This document shows, piece after piece, positions 1 through 8,803 of a DNA stretch of 32,000 nt. The notes below the pieces were generated by a model that made no database searches, was not told where the DNA came from, and was given only the letters and a program-made list of their open reading frames with translations. Every line of letters begins with the position of its first letter. The stretch's first letter is position 1. Origin of the DNA: Pyrodictium delaneyi (GTDB lineage: Archaea > Thermoproteota > Thermoprotei_A > Sulfolobales > Pyrodictiaceae); NCBI RefSeq assembly GCF_001412615.1, contig NZ_CP013011.1, forward strand, positions 450,001-482,000. Reading direction: 5' to 3'. The translations under genes and the position numbers were made by a program.

Positions 1-189
1 TACCTCATACTCGCGTCTCGGCGTCGCTATTACTCCGAATTCTTTTACTATCTCCTTCAGCTCTTTCTCTACAAATCTGTTATACGAATCTATGTGCTGC
101 TTAACTAGACCATATTCGTCGATGAATGCTTTCATTACGAGCCATCTATCCTCTACTGTTGGGAAAGCCCTCTGTGCCAGTGTAACCAC
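1..189 (-). CDS. rpoB: DNA-directed RNA polymerase subunit B (Rpo2), N-terminal fragment; the gene runs off the window start
   Basis: Reverse-complement translation from the GTG at 189-187 gives VVTLAQRAFPTVEDRWLVMKAFIDEYGLVKQHIDSYNRFVEKELKEIVKEFGVIATPRREYEV. The DRW...GLV.QH.DSxN.F pattern is the conserved Rpb2/RpoB N-terminus. It lies directly downstream of rpoH, as in the archaeal rpoH-rpoB operon. It is absent from the ORF track because the window edge truncates it. Confidence 0.75.
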   Translation of the reverse strand, partial: MVTLAQRAFPTVEDRWLVMKAFIDEYGLVKQHIDSYNRFVEKELKEIVKEFGVIATPRREYEV

Positions 190-268
190 CCCATCTAGAC
201 TATAAGTCTAGGGCCACGAGTTGGGCTTAATGTGGAGGATACATCAAGAGATAAGTGTTATACATAGC

Positions 269-520
269 CTAGTATCCCACGACATACCTATAGACTACTA
301 CTTCACCCGAGGTAGGACTCTTCCTATAAATTCTCACTATGTCGCCCGGTTTAGCACCTATAGCACGGGCAACGGGATCTGTAACACGTAACCAAGGCAG
401 CTGTTCTGGCCGTATACCGAGCTCACGTAGTATACGTGCAGCCTCTTGGGGAGGCACAACCTCGTGTCTAGGCACAAGCTCGTGCTCGAGTATATTGAAT
501 TTCTTCTTCTGCCGCGCCAT
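269..520 (-). CDS. rpoH: DNA-directed RNA polymerase subunit H (Rpo5)
   Basis: The ORF 269..529 translates to ...[77 protein letters not shown], a typical RpoH/Rpb5 C-domain. The ATG at 520 is preceded by GGGGTGA, so I prefer it over the GTG at 529. Confidence 0.9.
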   Translation of the reverse strand: MARQKKKFNILEHELVPRHEVVPPQEAARILRELGIRPEQLPWLRVTDPVARAIGAKPGDIVRIYRKSPTSGEVVVYRYVVGY

Positions 521-623
521 AATCGTCACCCCATATTAGGTAGAAACATACAGGAGGCGAAAGTACTCCTCCTGGTTATATGGTTATATTGGTAGTTAGT
601 TCCTAGTAGGCTCTCGTTTAGGT

Positions 624-812
624 CTAGCGGAGACGGACTCTATTCACCTTCTTATTCATCCAGGAGTAGCGACGGAGCCTCTTACTTCTACCATATCCGC
701 ATGCTGCACAATATCCCTTAGCAGCGTGGTAGGAATGCCTTCCACAACGGGGGCATCTTATATGTGTATAGTTCTTGTTCATTTTACCAAACGAAGGTGT
801 TCCCTTGCTCAT
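624..812 (-). CDS. rpl37e: 50S ribosomal protein L37e (eL37), zinc-ribbon
   Basis: [51 protein letters not shown] matches the eL37 signature with its four Cys. A GGAGGTG Shine-Dalgarno site (plus-strand cacctcc, 819-825) sits 6 nt upstream of the ATG. Confidence 0.95.
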   Translation of the reverse strand: MSKGTPSFGKMNKNYTHIRCPRCGRHSYHAAKGYCAACGYGRSKRLRRYSWMNKKVNRVRLR

Positions 813-849
813 TTTCTACACCTCCAGCTAAGTTATTGCATATTTGACA

Positions 850-1077
850 TTAGAACTGAGCCGGTGATATGAGTAACACAGTGTCGCCACGTATGACAAT
901 AGTTCCAAGCTTTCTTGTACGTCCATCCTCATAAATCTCCTCGGCATCCTCTAGAACCAGATTCAAGTGTTGATCATAACTCTTTAGCTTTCCTCTGACC
1001 TCATTCGCACCCTTAAGTTTCACTAGGACGATGCTACCTATGCTGTCACCAAGGACACGGTGTGTCGTCTCGGCCAT
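850..1077 (-). CDS. Sm-like (LSm) RNA-binding protein, SmAP
   Basis: Sm1/Sm2 motifs are present: [32 protein letters not shown]...[18 protein letters not shown]. The likely start is the internal ATG (MAETTHRVL) at 1077; the ORF track extends to 1107. Confidence 0.9.
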   Translation of the reverse strand: MAETTHRVLGDSIGSIVLVKLKGANEVRGKLKSYDQHLNLVLEDAEEIYEDGRTRKLGTIVIRGDTVLLISPAQF

Positions 1078-1179
1078 CCCGCTGCTGCACCCCAGGCAGG
1101 GGCACACTCAGGGGGCTTTATAGGGAATTCTCTCCTAGCCGCTTCTAGCGCGAACGGTGACCAGGCTGTGCGGAGATGG

Positions 1180-1656
1180 ATGCTCTCCAAGAAGGATAGA
1201 AAGAAACTTTCCAGGAGATTATCCGAACTCTATCCGAAACTTAATTTGTCTAATGTAGACCACATAGAGGTGACCGTGGACGATGATATAGAGATCTACA
1301 TCTTCGACGGAGTACCTGCATTCATAAAGTTAGGAGAGGAACTGTTTGTCCCACATCTCAAGTACTTGCTACGTTATGGCTACAAGGAATGGCTCCCATA
1401 CATAGTAGTAGACAAAGGCGCTGTTAAGCCCATATCAAGGGGAGCAGACTTGATGAGGCCAGGCATAGTAGAAATACCAGTCGACTTCGATAAAGGATCA
1501 ATCGTAGTCATAGTAGAACCTACAAGAAGGCTTCCATTAGCAATACATCATACACTCTATAACAGCTCGGAAATAAAGACCATGGAGAAAGGAAGGGTTA
1601 CAAAGAAGCTGCACAACCTTGGCGATAGGTTCTGGAAGTTCTCAGAAATTCTCTAG
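1180..1656 (+). CDS. PUA-domain RNA-binding protein (MCT-1/Tma20-like)
   Basis: The C-terminal PUA pattern is VVDKGAVKPISRGADLMRPGIVEIPVDFDKGSIVVIVEPTRRLPLAIHHTLYNSSEI. The ATG at 1180 (MLSKKDRKKL) is the plausible start. The upstream part of ORF 1060..1656 is an Ala/Gly-rich read-through that overlaps the Sm gene. Confidence 0.8.
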   Translation: MLSKKDRKKLSRRLSELYPKLNLSNVDHIEVTVDDDIEIYIFDGVPAFIKLGEELFVPHLKYLLRYGYKEWLPYIVVDKGAVKPISRGADLMRPGIVEIPVDFDKGSIVVIVEPTRRLPLAIHHTLYNSSEIKTMEKGRVTKKLHNLGDRFWKFSEIL

Positions 1657-3611
1657 GCATAGCCAGCTACGTGGACGGAGTCTAAGATCGACGGTGTGTA
1701 CATACGCACATCTGGTAGACCAAGATACTTACTTTTCTTCCTTATAGTCTCTGCAAGTGAATATATGGCTTGTGGTTCGCCGTGATTTAGGATTATATTT
1801 TTCGGCTTTGGCTTTATATTGGCTAGGAATGCTAGTAACTGACGTCTATCAGAATGTCCTGAGAAACCATCGATGGACTTTACCTCCATATTTATCTTGA
1901 CTACCTCAAGTCTGCCATCTTCACCTACCATTGTTATCTCGCGTTCACCATCTAGTATTCTTCGACCAAGTGTACCCCTGGCTTGGTAGCTTACAAATAC
2001 TAGCGTGTTTCTCTGGTCACTCGCAAGCATACGCAGATACTCTACCGATGGACCACCATTGAGCATACCTGCGGTAGCTAATATCACTGCAGGTTCATCA
2101 GATTTAGCAATATCTTCTCTCATTTGACGACCCTCAACTCGTATCACATTTTCATGATCAAATGGGTTTTCATCACGAAGTATTCGTGATCTTACTTGGG
2201 TGGATAGAAGCTCCGGATAGGTTAGGTGTATCGCCGTTACTTCCCTGATACTACCATCTATGTATACTTTTGTCTCCTGCGGGAGTAATTTCCTATTGAG
2301 TGCATCAACCAACACGAGGAGTATCTCTTGTGCACGTCCTACAGCCATTACGGGTATGAGAATCTTGCCTTTACGTGATATAGTTCTACTAATCGTGCTT
2401 ATGAGTTCTAGCTCTGCTACGTCTCTGCGAGGCTGATCTCTGTCACCATAGGTGCTTTCCATTATCAATGTTTCTACCCGTGGGAATACTGTATTCGCCT
2501 TGTCTAGTAGTCTCGTCCGACCAAATTTGAAATCACCTGTATAGACTATGTTATGAAGGCCTTCGCCGATATGTAGGTGAGCCATGGCAGAGCCTAGTAT
2601 GTGTCCAGCATTGTAGAATGTTAGCTTTATGTCTGGAGCTATGTCGGTTACTTCACCGTATTCTAGCGGTATTGTGTGGAGAATCATCTTCTTAACTTCA
2701 AGCTGCGTGTAAGGCGGTTTTTGGTTTCCACGCTGCATTATGTCCAAGAGGTCTAGTTGGAGAAGCACCATTAGATCTCGCGTCGGTTTAGTCACATAGA
2801 CCGGTCCGCGATAACCATATTTGAATAAATATGGTACAAGCCCCATGTGGTCGAGGTGGGCATGTGTAACTATTACTGCGTCTAGTTCTTCCGGCTTTAG
2901 CTGCTCTATGTCAAGGCGTGGATAGAGGCTGAATCCATCACCGCCAGGGTTTATGCCTACATCGAGTAGTACGCGGCTCTCTCCAGTCTCTACTAGTATA
3001 GCTGAACGACCTACTTCCATGAAGCCTCCGAGTCCAGTTATCCGCACATAACGATTCTCGAATATTACACCGCGATGTATGCGTTCGCCACTACTCCTTA
3101 GAAAGCTCAGACGGTAGCTACTCTGTGAAAGCATATAGTCTATTATCTTGTTGAGTGTATCCAAGTCACGAGGGTCTACCGGCGGTACTCTAACAACATT
3201 AAGTCTCCATCCTGTCTCTGCTAAAATCTTGTTGTATATTGAACGACCTTTACCGTAGACTAGGCCTACCTTATGTGCCTTTACTATAACTTCGCCTAAC
3301 ACTTCATCGAACTTTATTTCCTTTATTCCCGCCTCTGGTGGAACAAGTTGTTTAATTATTTCCTCTGTTTCCTTCTTGCTTTTCCTTATGGCGGGATCTG
3401 TACGAATCACTATGCGCTTCTTAAGCTTCTTAGCTATATCTCTGGCTATCTCGGGATGCTCTGCAAGTATCTTAGGATTCCTGATATATATCGCTATCTC
3501 GGGGCCCTCGAACTCTATGCGAGATATTTGTACCTCCTTAGGCATAAGCTGTGACATTATTGTGAGTACTATGTTCTTTACTTCACTCCTCTTATACAAT
3601 CTAAACAACAC
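1653..3611 (-). CDS. aCPSF1: archaeal KH-domain / beta-CASP metallo-beta-lactamase ribonuclease (transcription termination and RNA 3'-end factor)
   Basis: The 652-aa protein has N-terminal KH-like repeats, the metallo-beta-lactamase motif VTHAHLDHMG, and beta-CASP/C-terminal motifs (GFSGHSD, LNHGEP). It starts at a GTG at 3611. Confidence 0.95.
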   Translation of the reverse strand: MLFRLYKRSEVKNIVLTIMSQLMPKEVQISRIEFEGPEIAIYIRNPKILAEHPEIARDIAKKLKKRIVIRTDPAIRKSKKETEEIIKQLVPPEAGIKEIKFDEVLGEVIVKAHKVGLVYGKGRSIYNKILAETGWRLNVVRVPPVDPRDLDTLNKIIDYMLSQSSYRLSFLRSSGERIHRGVIFENRYVRITGLGGFMEVGRSAILVETGESRVLLDVGINPGGDGFSLYPRLDIEQLKPEELDAVIVTHAHLDHMGLVPYLFKYGYRGPVYVTKPTRDLMVLLQLDLLDIMQRGNQKPPYTQLEVKKMILHTIPLEYGEVTDIAPDIKLTFYNAGHILGSAMAHLHIGEGLHNIVYTGDFKFGRTRLLDKANTVFPRVETLIMESTYGDRDQPRRDVAELELISTISRTISRKGKILIPVMAVGRAQEILLVLVDALNRKLLPQETKVYIDGSIREVTAIHLTYPELLSTQVRSRILRDENPFDHENVIRVEGRQMREDIAKSDEPAVILATAGMLNGGPSVEYLRMLASDQRNTLVFVSYQARGTLGRRILDGEREITMVGEDGRLEVVKINMEVKSIDGFSGHSDRRQLLAFLANIKPKPKNIILNHGEPQAIYSLAETIRKKSKYLGLPDVRMYTPSILDSVHVAGYA

Positions 3612-4159
3612 CTCATATCTATAACCCTATGATTGTTAATTTGCTGGAAGATTGTTGTTACACGCATCACAACTAGACATGAACACATAAGTCCAACATG
3701 TATTCCATTCCATGTCTGGATAACACCCCACAACCTTGCCATGTCGCATTCATATCTTCCACATTATCACCCTAGACTAGCCTTCGTTTCGGCTACAGTT
3801 GTCATGCTCTTTGCACACATCAACCTGCACTATCACCTATCTCTAACCAAATCATTCGGAACCAGAGTTAATCATCGGTTGGTAGCCAACTATCATTTTG
3901 AGTAATACTTGTAAATTGGTCTAGTTCAATACTAACCAGCAAACTTGGGATTTCTGAGTTAGTTTCTATACCATATACTGGCTTTCATCAGATCATAGTT
4001 GATTACAAAACGGTTATCCAAAACAACAACATACATGGGACGAGCAGTCAAGGCTGCGTAAACTCTGAGACTTGTGCGCCGTGATACTTCCTACATGTAC
4101 TCTAGGTATAATTATTTTTCCACGCCGGAAAGTCCAGCCTGGATCTTACGTTTATGCCG

Positions 4160-4822
4160 CTATTCTTCCTTAATAGACTCGCCTATAGTATAACGATATT
4201 CTTTGAACACGTCCTTACCTATAACTACTATGTCAATACCATTACCGCTAAAGGCGTCCCTTCTTGTAGCTGACAGTACTGCTCTACGTGCAAGTTCTAC
4301 GGCTTGCTCTAGACTCATATTCTCGTCATATCCATCCTCTATAACACCTATAGCCACAGGTGAACCGGATCCCGTTGCTACATACTTCTCCTCGGTTACG
4401 CTTCCATACCAGTCTATATTGTATAGACGTGGCCGTGTATCGTAGCCTCCTAACAGTAGCTGGACAATATAGGGGAAGAATCTTGATGAGTGGAGTATTG
4501 TGGCGAGGTACTGAGCTGCTGCATGTACACTTAGTTTCTTCTTATTTATCAGCATGTAGTAATGCGCATGATTTGATAACCATTCTGCTAGTACCTGTGC
4601 ATCTGCTACTAGACCTGCAGTAGTCATAGCCATATAATCTGTCACTTTTATTATCTTACGTGTACGTTTATGAGCGATATAGTATCCGGCTGTTGCTCTC
4701 CTATCCGCCGCTAGCACTACAAAGTCCTTAACACGTATACCTACTGTTGTAGTTCCGTGTAGGCTCTTCTGTAAAGCAGCTAACATTCTATCCTCCGGGT
4801 TCGCCAGTCCTCGGTGTATCAA
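4160..4822 (-). CDS. psmB: Proteasome beta subunit (paralogue 1)
   Basis: A propeptide is followed by HG|TTTVGIRVKDFVVLAADRRATAG, with a GSG motif downstream. The ATG at 4786 (MLAALQKSLHG-TTTVG) has a GGAGG 5 nt upstream and is probably the real start; the TTG at 4822 is the longest-ORF option. Confidence 0.95.
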   Translation of the reverse strand: MIHRGLANPEDRMLAALQKSLHGTTTVGIRVKDFVVLAADRRATAGYYIAHKRTRKIIKVTDYMAMTTAGLVADAQVLAEWLSNHAHYYMLINKKKLSVHAAAQYLATILHSSRFFPYIVQLLLGGYDTRPRLYNIDWYGSVTEEKYVATGSGSPVAIGVIEDGYDENMSLEQAVELARRAVLSATRRDAFSGNGIDIVVIGKDVFKEYRYTIGESIKEE

Positions 4823-4900
4823 TACTTCTCTACCATCTTACGCCTACGCTACGAGGCGGGAGTTTAATATTATTCCACGAGAGGCAGCCTTGCTAATGGC

Positions 4901-5968
4901 GTGCGAGGACCTCTAGCCTTGCTGCATCCCATAGAGCTACCACTCAAGATAGTTATAGGCGATAACGCACTCAACGCATTGCCAGACCTACTAACCGAGC
5001 TAGGAGTTAAAGGCAAGCAAACGGTAGTAATTTCGGGGCCCAATGTATGGAGGAAGTTCGGAGAACAACTTAGAGCAGTACTAGAGGATGTAGTAGAGTT
5101 CGAGAAGCTAGACGCTAAGGAAGCCAGCACTGTCTATGCCGAGGAGCTTAGCGAGACTGTAAGAGAGTATTCTCCACGCCTCGTGATAGGCTTCGGCGGA
5201 GGCAAGTCTATAGACTTGGCCAAGTATGTAGCATACAAGTTACGACTACCAATGGTTAGCATTCCTACAAGCCCGTCACACGATGGTATAGCCTCACCCT
5301 TCACATCGCTTAAAGGGTTTGACAAGCCATTCTCTATTCGTACCGTCACCCCGGTAGCTATAGTTGCCGACATAGACATCATGTCTTCTGCACCTATACG
5401 TCTTATAAGAGCCGGTGCCGGAGACCTGGTCGCAAAACTGACAGCAATAAGGGACTGGAAGCTAGCCCATAGACTCAAAGGTGAATATTACGGAGAGTAT
5501 GCTGCAAAACTCGCATTACTTTCGGCCAAACATGTTATAGAATATGCTGCAGAGATAGGACGTGGCGCTAAGGAGGCTATACGGGTTCTAGTTGAAGGAC
5601 TCGTAAGTAGTAGCGTGGCCATGTGTATTGCAGGCTCTACTAGACCTGCTAGTGGCTCTGAACACTTGTTCAGTCACGCCCTTGACGTACTCGCGCCGGG
5701 TAGAGCATTACACGGCGAACAAGTAGCACTTGGCACTATAATGATGATGTACCTCCATGGAGGAAACTGGAAGCGTGTTAGGAAGACGCTAATAAGGCTG
5801 GGACTTCCCGTGAAGGCACGTGATCTTGGCATAGAAGACGAGCTAGTTATTAAAGCTCTAACCATCGCTCATAGGCTTAGACCCAACCGTTACACTATAC
5901 TCGGCGAGTCGGGATTAACATGGGAAGCCGCGGAAAGGCTTGCAAGAATAACAGGTGTGATAGATTAA
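4901..5968 (+). CDS. egsA: sn-glycerol-1-phosphate dehydrogenase (archaeal lipid backbone synthesis)
   Basis: Fe-ADH/G1PDH family motifs are present: GFGGGKSIDLAKYVAYKLRLPMVSIPTSPSHDGIASPF and GSEHLFSHALD. It starts at a GTG. An AT-rich box, tttaatattatt (4863-4874), sits in the divergent promoter region shared with psmB. Confidence 0.9.
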   Translation: MRGPLALLHPIELPLKIVIGDNALNALPDLLTELGVKGKQTVVISGPNVWRKFGEQLRAVLEDVVEFEKLDAKEASTVYAEELSETVREYSPRLVIGFGGGKSIDLAKYVAYKLRLPMVSIPTSPSHDGIASPFTSLKGFDKPFSIRTVTPVAIVADIDIMSSAPIRLIRAGAGDLVAKLTAIRDWKLAHRLKGEYYGEYAAKLALLSAKHVIEYAAEIGRGAKEAIRVLVEGLVSSSVAMCIAGSTRPASGSEHLFSHALDVLAPGRALHGEQVALGTIMMMYLHGGNWKRVRKTLIRLGLPVKARDLGIEDELVIKALTIAHRLRPNRYTILGESGLTWEAAERLARITGVID

Positions 5969-5976
5969 ACTTAAGT

Positions 5977-6738
5977 CTATATTCTTGGCATAAAATGATC
6001 GAGTCTACCTAGTCCTCCCTTTAACTGGTTTGGTTTTAATACACCGCGATCCAGGAGTCTAGCAATATGTTTTGATATTTTATCAGCATGGTATGTAGGT
6101 AATGGAAGACGCGTACCTTTCAACATACTAGTAACTGTTTTTAGAGCTGTTTCTAAGTCTATGTTAGCACCAGGGCTAATGTAAATCGGCGCCCTGGATC
6201 TTTTGTTCGGCAACACCATGTAGGCTAGCTTTTCTCCAGTTTCCGGGTCAGCTACGTAACCTATAGTGCAAGGATGAACATTACACTCGCCAAGCTTCTT
6301 TATATATACTTCATTCCCGTATAGTTTCTTCTTGGCAACACCTATGCTTGGTTTGCCTAACGCAAGCCCAATATGAGTTGCAATGCCAGCCTTTCTCGGA
6401 TGCGATATTCCATGTCCATCAATTACTAGTAAATCGTACTCGTGTCTAAGCCCCTGCAACGCTGTATAGAAGAGTGGTGCTTCACGGAATGCCAGAAGTC
6501 CAGGTATATATTCTAGCCGAGGCTCACCTATAGCCACTGAATAGTCAAGTAGACTCCCACTCACGTAGTCTATAATGACTGCTACTGCAACACCGCCATA
6601 GATTCGCGAATATGCAGCATCAAGCCCGACTACGAGTCTGGGTGCATAACCCGGAGGTCTAAGGCTGCCCAAAGCTTTGTAAGATATATTCTTCTGTATC
6701 TCTATTAGCTTCCGGATGTTACTGTAGGGTGTCTTCAT
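5977..6738 (-). CDS. nfi: Endonuclease V (deoxyinosine 3' endonuclease)
   Basis: EndoV motifs are present: VVGLDAAY..., PGLLAFREAP, LLVIDGHGISHPRKAGIATHIGLALGKPSIGVAKKKLYG. Confidence 0.9.
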   Translation of the reverse strand: MKTPYSNIRKLIEIQKNISYKALGSLRPPGYAPRLVVGLDAAYSRIYGGVAVAVIIDYVSGSLLDYSVAIGEPRLEYIPGLLAFREAPLFYTALQGLRHEYDLLVIDGHGISHPRKAGIATHIGLALGKPSIGVAKKKLYGNEVYIKKLGECNVHPCTIGYVADPETGEKLAYMVLPNKRSRAPIYISPGANIDLETALKTVTSMLKGTRLPLPTYHADKISKHIARLLDRGVLKPNQLKGGLGRLDHFMPRI

Positions 6739-6878
6739 GGATATCTGTAACCCATAACATTCCCTATTAGCACTACTAAATTCTCCATATTAGCTAAAAT
6801 ATACATTGCTGAAGCTAATGTCTTATAGACATCTCCTTGTACATCTATTGCCGAATCTTAACTCGCTTCCTGAAAGAA

Positions 6879-7496
6879 TTAGACTCTTATTGACTCCTCC
6901 TCAGCTACGACCTTGTCATCAACCTTCCTAATTACCAAGAGATCTATACCGTCACCAGATATAGCGTCACGCTCTATAGCTGCCTTTACCGCTGTTACTA
7001 CGAGCTTCTTCGCTGCTTCTACATCTATGTCCTTCTTGTACCCATTTTCAAGTATACCAATAGCTATAGGCGCGCCTGACCCTATCGCTGCGAAATCATC
7101 CTCTATGAGTGAACCTAGCGGATCCATCACGTAGAGCCTTGCAGTACCATCCGGCTCTATACCGCCTATAAGAGTCTCTGATAGAAGTGGGAAGTACTTA
7201 TTAGCATAGAGTATGCTTGCAAGCAGCCTTGCCGCCGCGCGTACGCTCATACGTCTGCCAGTCATGATACTGTGATACTCCATCTCAGCTCTGAGAATCT
7301 TGCTTATAGCTTGCATGTCCGCAAATAGTCCCGCAAGTGCTAGTCCAAGATAGTCAGTGATCTTGTACACCTTTTTGCCTGACCTGCTTACGACAAAGCC
7401 GCCATAGCTTACACGCTTCTCTGCGGCCAGCACCACGAATTCCTTGCCACGTACGCCGACAGCCGTTGCTCCGATACCGTACTCCTGGTAGCTCAT
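6879..7496 (-). CDS. psmB: Proteasome beta subunit (paralogue 2)
   Basis: The sequence reads MSYQEYGIGATAVGVRGKEFVVLAAEKRVSYG...AIGSGAPIAIG. The residue before the putative Thr1 is Ala rather than Gly. The start is uncertain: ATG at 7496 is preferred, with alternatives at 7529 and 7589. Confidence 0.9.
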   Translation of the reverse strand: MSYQEYGIGATAVGVRGKEFVVLAAEKRVSYGGFVVSRSGKKVYKITDYLGLALAGLFADMQAISKILRAEMEYHSIMTGRRMSVRAAARLLASILYANKYFPLLSETLIGGIEPDGTARLYVMDPLGSLIEDDFAAIGSGAPIAIGILENGYKKDIDVEAAKKLVVTAVKAAIERDAISGDGIDLLVIRKVDDKVVAEEESIRV

Positions 7497-7672
7497 ACTA
7501 CCCGTAACACCCCGTGAGCTATCATACATACATGGGTTAAATGGTATTCGCTGGAGGTGTTCTACTCCTCCTTTCAACCGCATCCACAATACTTTCGGTT
7601 AACACGGGGCCATACATGTACTTGGTTACTGCAACCACTTTATGGAAATGCTACAGCCTATAACTTGCTGAG

Positions 7673-8248
7673 GTGCAACAAATCTTGAACTATTACAGCT
7701 ATTATGTTACATACAGTACACCAGTATGCCCCTATTGCGGATCTGCTAAAGTAGTGCTAGACCTACATGGGGGTGCCCTCGTGTGTCGCAGCTGCGGAGC
7801 AGTCATAGATGACATTATCTTCGACGCTTCGCCGCCTCCAACAGCATCTAACTTGTCAACATTATCCATTAACAATAGATTAACAAAGACCGAGAAAACC
7901 CGGCTACACGCATCTATACTATCTAATAGCCTGTCTAGAAGATTGTCACGAATACTCAATACCACAGAGATAGACGACATAATAGACTATGTAAAAGCAA
8001 ACACGCCAGAGCTTATCAAAGCATACAACAATGCATGCCTTAGAAATCTATTAAAATACTGCAAAACGTCAGGTGAGAAAAAAGCCGTCCTAGAGGCTGC
8101 TATAACATTAATGCACGGTGACTATCCACTTGTATCCATGCTCTCTAATCAATACGAAGTAGGCAAAAAGAGGCTTAGACTTCTAATAAGAAAGGTAATG
8201 AAATGCCTAAGCCTAGAGATGTCTATAGAAGCACTAGCATCAACCTAG
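7673..8248 (+). CDS. TFIIB-type zinc-ribbon protein; short TFB paralogue (TFB3-like candidate)
   Basis: CPYCGSAKVVLDLHGGALVCRSCGAVIDDIIFD fits the TFIIB/TFB N-terminal zinc-ribbon pattern (CPxCGS...D...G..VC..CG.V). At 191 aa it has no recognisable B-reader EWR motif and at most one helical cyclin-like repeat. It starts at a GTG (a TTG at 7685 is also possible) and is AT-rich. Confidence 0.6.
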   Translation: MQQILNYYSYYVTYSTPVCPYCGSAKVVLDLHGGALVCRSCGAVIDDIIFDASPPPTASNLSTLSINNRLTKTEKTRLHASILSNSLSRRLSRILNTTEIDDIIDYVKANTPELIKAYNNACLRNLLKYCKTSGEKKAVLEAAITLMHGDYPLVSMLSNQYEVGKKRLRLLIRKVMKCLSLEMSIEALAST

Positions 8249-8447
8249 AACTAGTTCAAGAAAACACATCCGCCATTTTATAATTAGCCAAACCCGATAT
8301 TTAATTGCAGGGCTTTGTACTATTTCTACTGACTGAATATTACTCCTAGTTCGTTAATAATGTAAACGTGCAGCAGAATAAAGTAAATTAGCTCATCAAA
8401 GCCATATAGTATGAATGAGCCACGATATCTGTTCTAGTTCTAGAAAG

Positions 8448-8565
8448 TGGTGGGGCCGCCGGGATTTGAACCCGGGACCACGGGGGCTCTTGCCGCTCGG
8501 GAACCCACGCCTTCTCCCAGGAGCGGTCCCAAGCCCCGCATCCTGCCAAGCTAGACGACGGCCCC
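8448..8565 (-). tRNA. tRNA-Pro (UGG) with 41-nt intron at 37/38, CCA encoded
   Basis: Folded by hand: acceptor GGGGCCG/CGGCCCC, D arm GUCU..GGAU, anticodon stem CGGGG/CCCCG with loop C-U-UGG-G, T arm CCGGG-UUCAAAU-CCCGG, discriminator A, then CCA. The intron is ACCGCUCCUGGGAGAAGGCGUGGGUUCCCGAGCGGCAAGAG. Confidence 0.9.
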
Positions 8566-8803
8566 TCCCCGAGACGATCCCAGGTTTGTGCCTCTGAGCA
8601 TATTCTGCCGGGTTATTTACTCTAATGCCGCACGACTTCTTTACTGCCGTAATTAGCTACCGTATTGTTTTGACGGTATATGATAGGATACAACACGTCT
8701 AAGACATGTTTGTCGGTATACTCTAGCTATACTCTCCTAGGCTCCTCAGTAGATTTCTCAATAAAGTAGCATCGTTCAGGTTGCTCTAAGCATGAGAATG
8801 TGT

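Noticed and set aside
3633-3905. A 90-aa His/Leu/Thr-rich ORF in the large AT-rich gap.
   Set aside because: It has no SD site or family resemblance, odd composition, and it runs against the orientation of both neighbours. I treat the region as non-coding (see finding).
3709-4141. TCCA...TGGA dyads that loosely resemble origin-recognition-box cores.
   Set aside because: The spacing differs from the ORB consensus as I recall it. There are only two copies, no repeated longer element, and no orc1/cdc6 or other origin-associated gene nearby.
8415-8597. A 60-aa plus-strand ORF. Likewise the ORFs at 23032-23304 and 23082-23312.
   Set aside because: They are read across tRNA-Pro and tRNA-Glu on the opposite strand. 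The tRNA folds explain the sequence, and the translations are Gly/Pro/Arg-rich artefacts.
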